The notes under the pieces are model-generated. The model was not told where the DNA came from, ran no database searches, and worked only from the letters and a program-made list of their open reading frames with translations. The position numbers and the translations under genes were made by a program. A DNA stretch of 63,965 nt, counting the filler, from Blastocystis sp. subtype 4 (Eukaryota): assembly GCF_000743755.1 (NCBI RefSeq). It is 9 parts of 9 records of this genome, joined end to end, with 100 filler letters (N's around TTAATTAATTAA, not from the genome) between each part and the next. Parts side by side here need not be neighbours in the genome. Positions count along the whole stretch, not along the records: positions 59,426 to 63,965 come from NW_014569042.1; 8 more parts are not named here. One strand, given 5' to 3'. The stretch's first letter is position 1. Every line of letters starts with the position of its first letter. This document shows, one piece after another, positions 63,755 to 63,965 of the stretch.

Positions 63755-63836
63755 GTCAGTTTGGCCGAGTGGTTAAGGCGTCAGACTTGAAATCTGATGG
63801 GTGTTACCCGCGCAGGTTCAAACCCTGCAGCTGACG
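63755..63836 (+). tRNA. tRNA-Ser (anticodon TGA)
   Basis: GTCAGTT/AGCTGAC acceptor stem, TCAGA-CT-TGA-AA-TCTGA arm, long variable arm GGGT..ACCC, GGTTCAAAC, T-run. Confidence 0.95.
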
Positions 63837-63965
63837 TTTTTTATTTCTTTCCATGATCATGTTCAATTGACTTCAACAAACACACTCATATACAATTCAT
63901 TTAATGCTGTTGTTTCTTGTACTCAAGCATCATGTGATTATCAGGCTGAAGACCAATACAAGCTC

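Overview
Eukaryotic, very compact, intron-rich genomic DNA, almost certainly Blastocystis sp. (inferred from ~30-nt GT-AG introns, TGTTTGTT 3'-end motifs, genes lacking a stop at the expected end, and organellar/MRO genes). The window is not one locus. It is nine ~7-kb contigs joined by artificial N44-TTAATTAATTAA-N44 linkers, so gene neighbourhoods only hold within a contig. It contains about 35 protein genes or fragments (organellar IleRS, TVP23, RPL27, RPL31, ACP, Hsp60, GCSH, acyl-CoA synthetase, kinesin-14, AP-1 mu, AP-3 beta, VPS9, two DEAD-box helicases, PABP, GEP4, MIOS and others) and three tRNAs (Glu-CTC, Phe-GAA, Ser-TGA). Main points of interest: (1) several genes whose stop codon appears to be completed by polyadenylation, with a fixed +5 geometry and an in-frame back-up stop inside the motif; (2) back-to-back, near-palindromic poly(A) motifs shared by most convergent gene pairs; (3) two 40-nt U12-type introns (AT-AC and AT-AT); (4) a contig consisting almost entirely of glycosyltransferases (STELLO-like, two fucosyltransferase-like, two GT92, one decayed GT31); (5) unusual proteins: a MORN-variant/IFI27-like fusion, a Sar1/Arf hybrid GTPase, C-x8-C-x8-C-x3-H tandem zinc fingers, a WD40-less EDC4-like protein and a lidless intronless Hsp70. 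Exon boundaries and family calls were made by eye, without searches.
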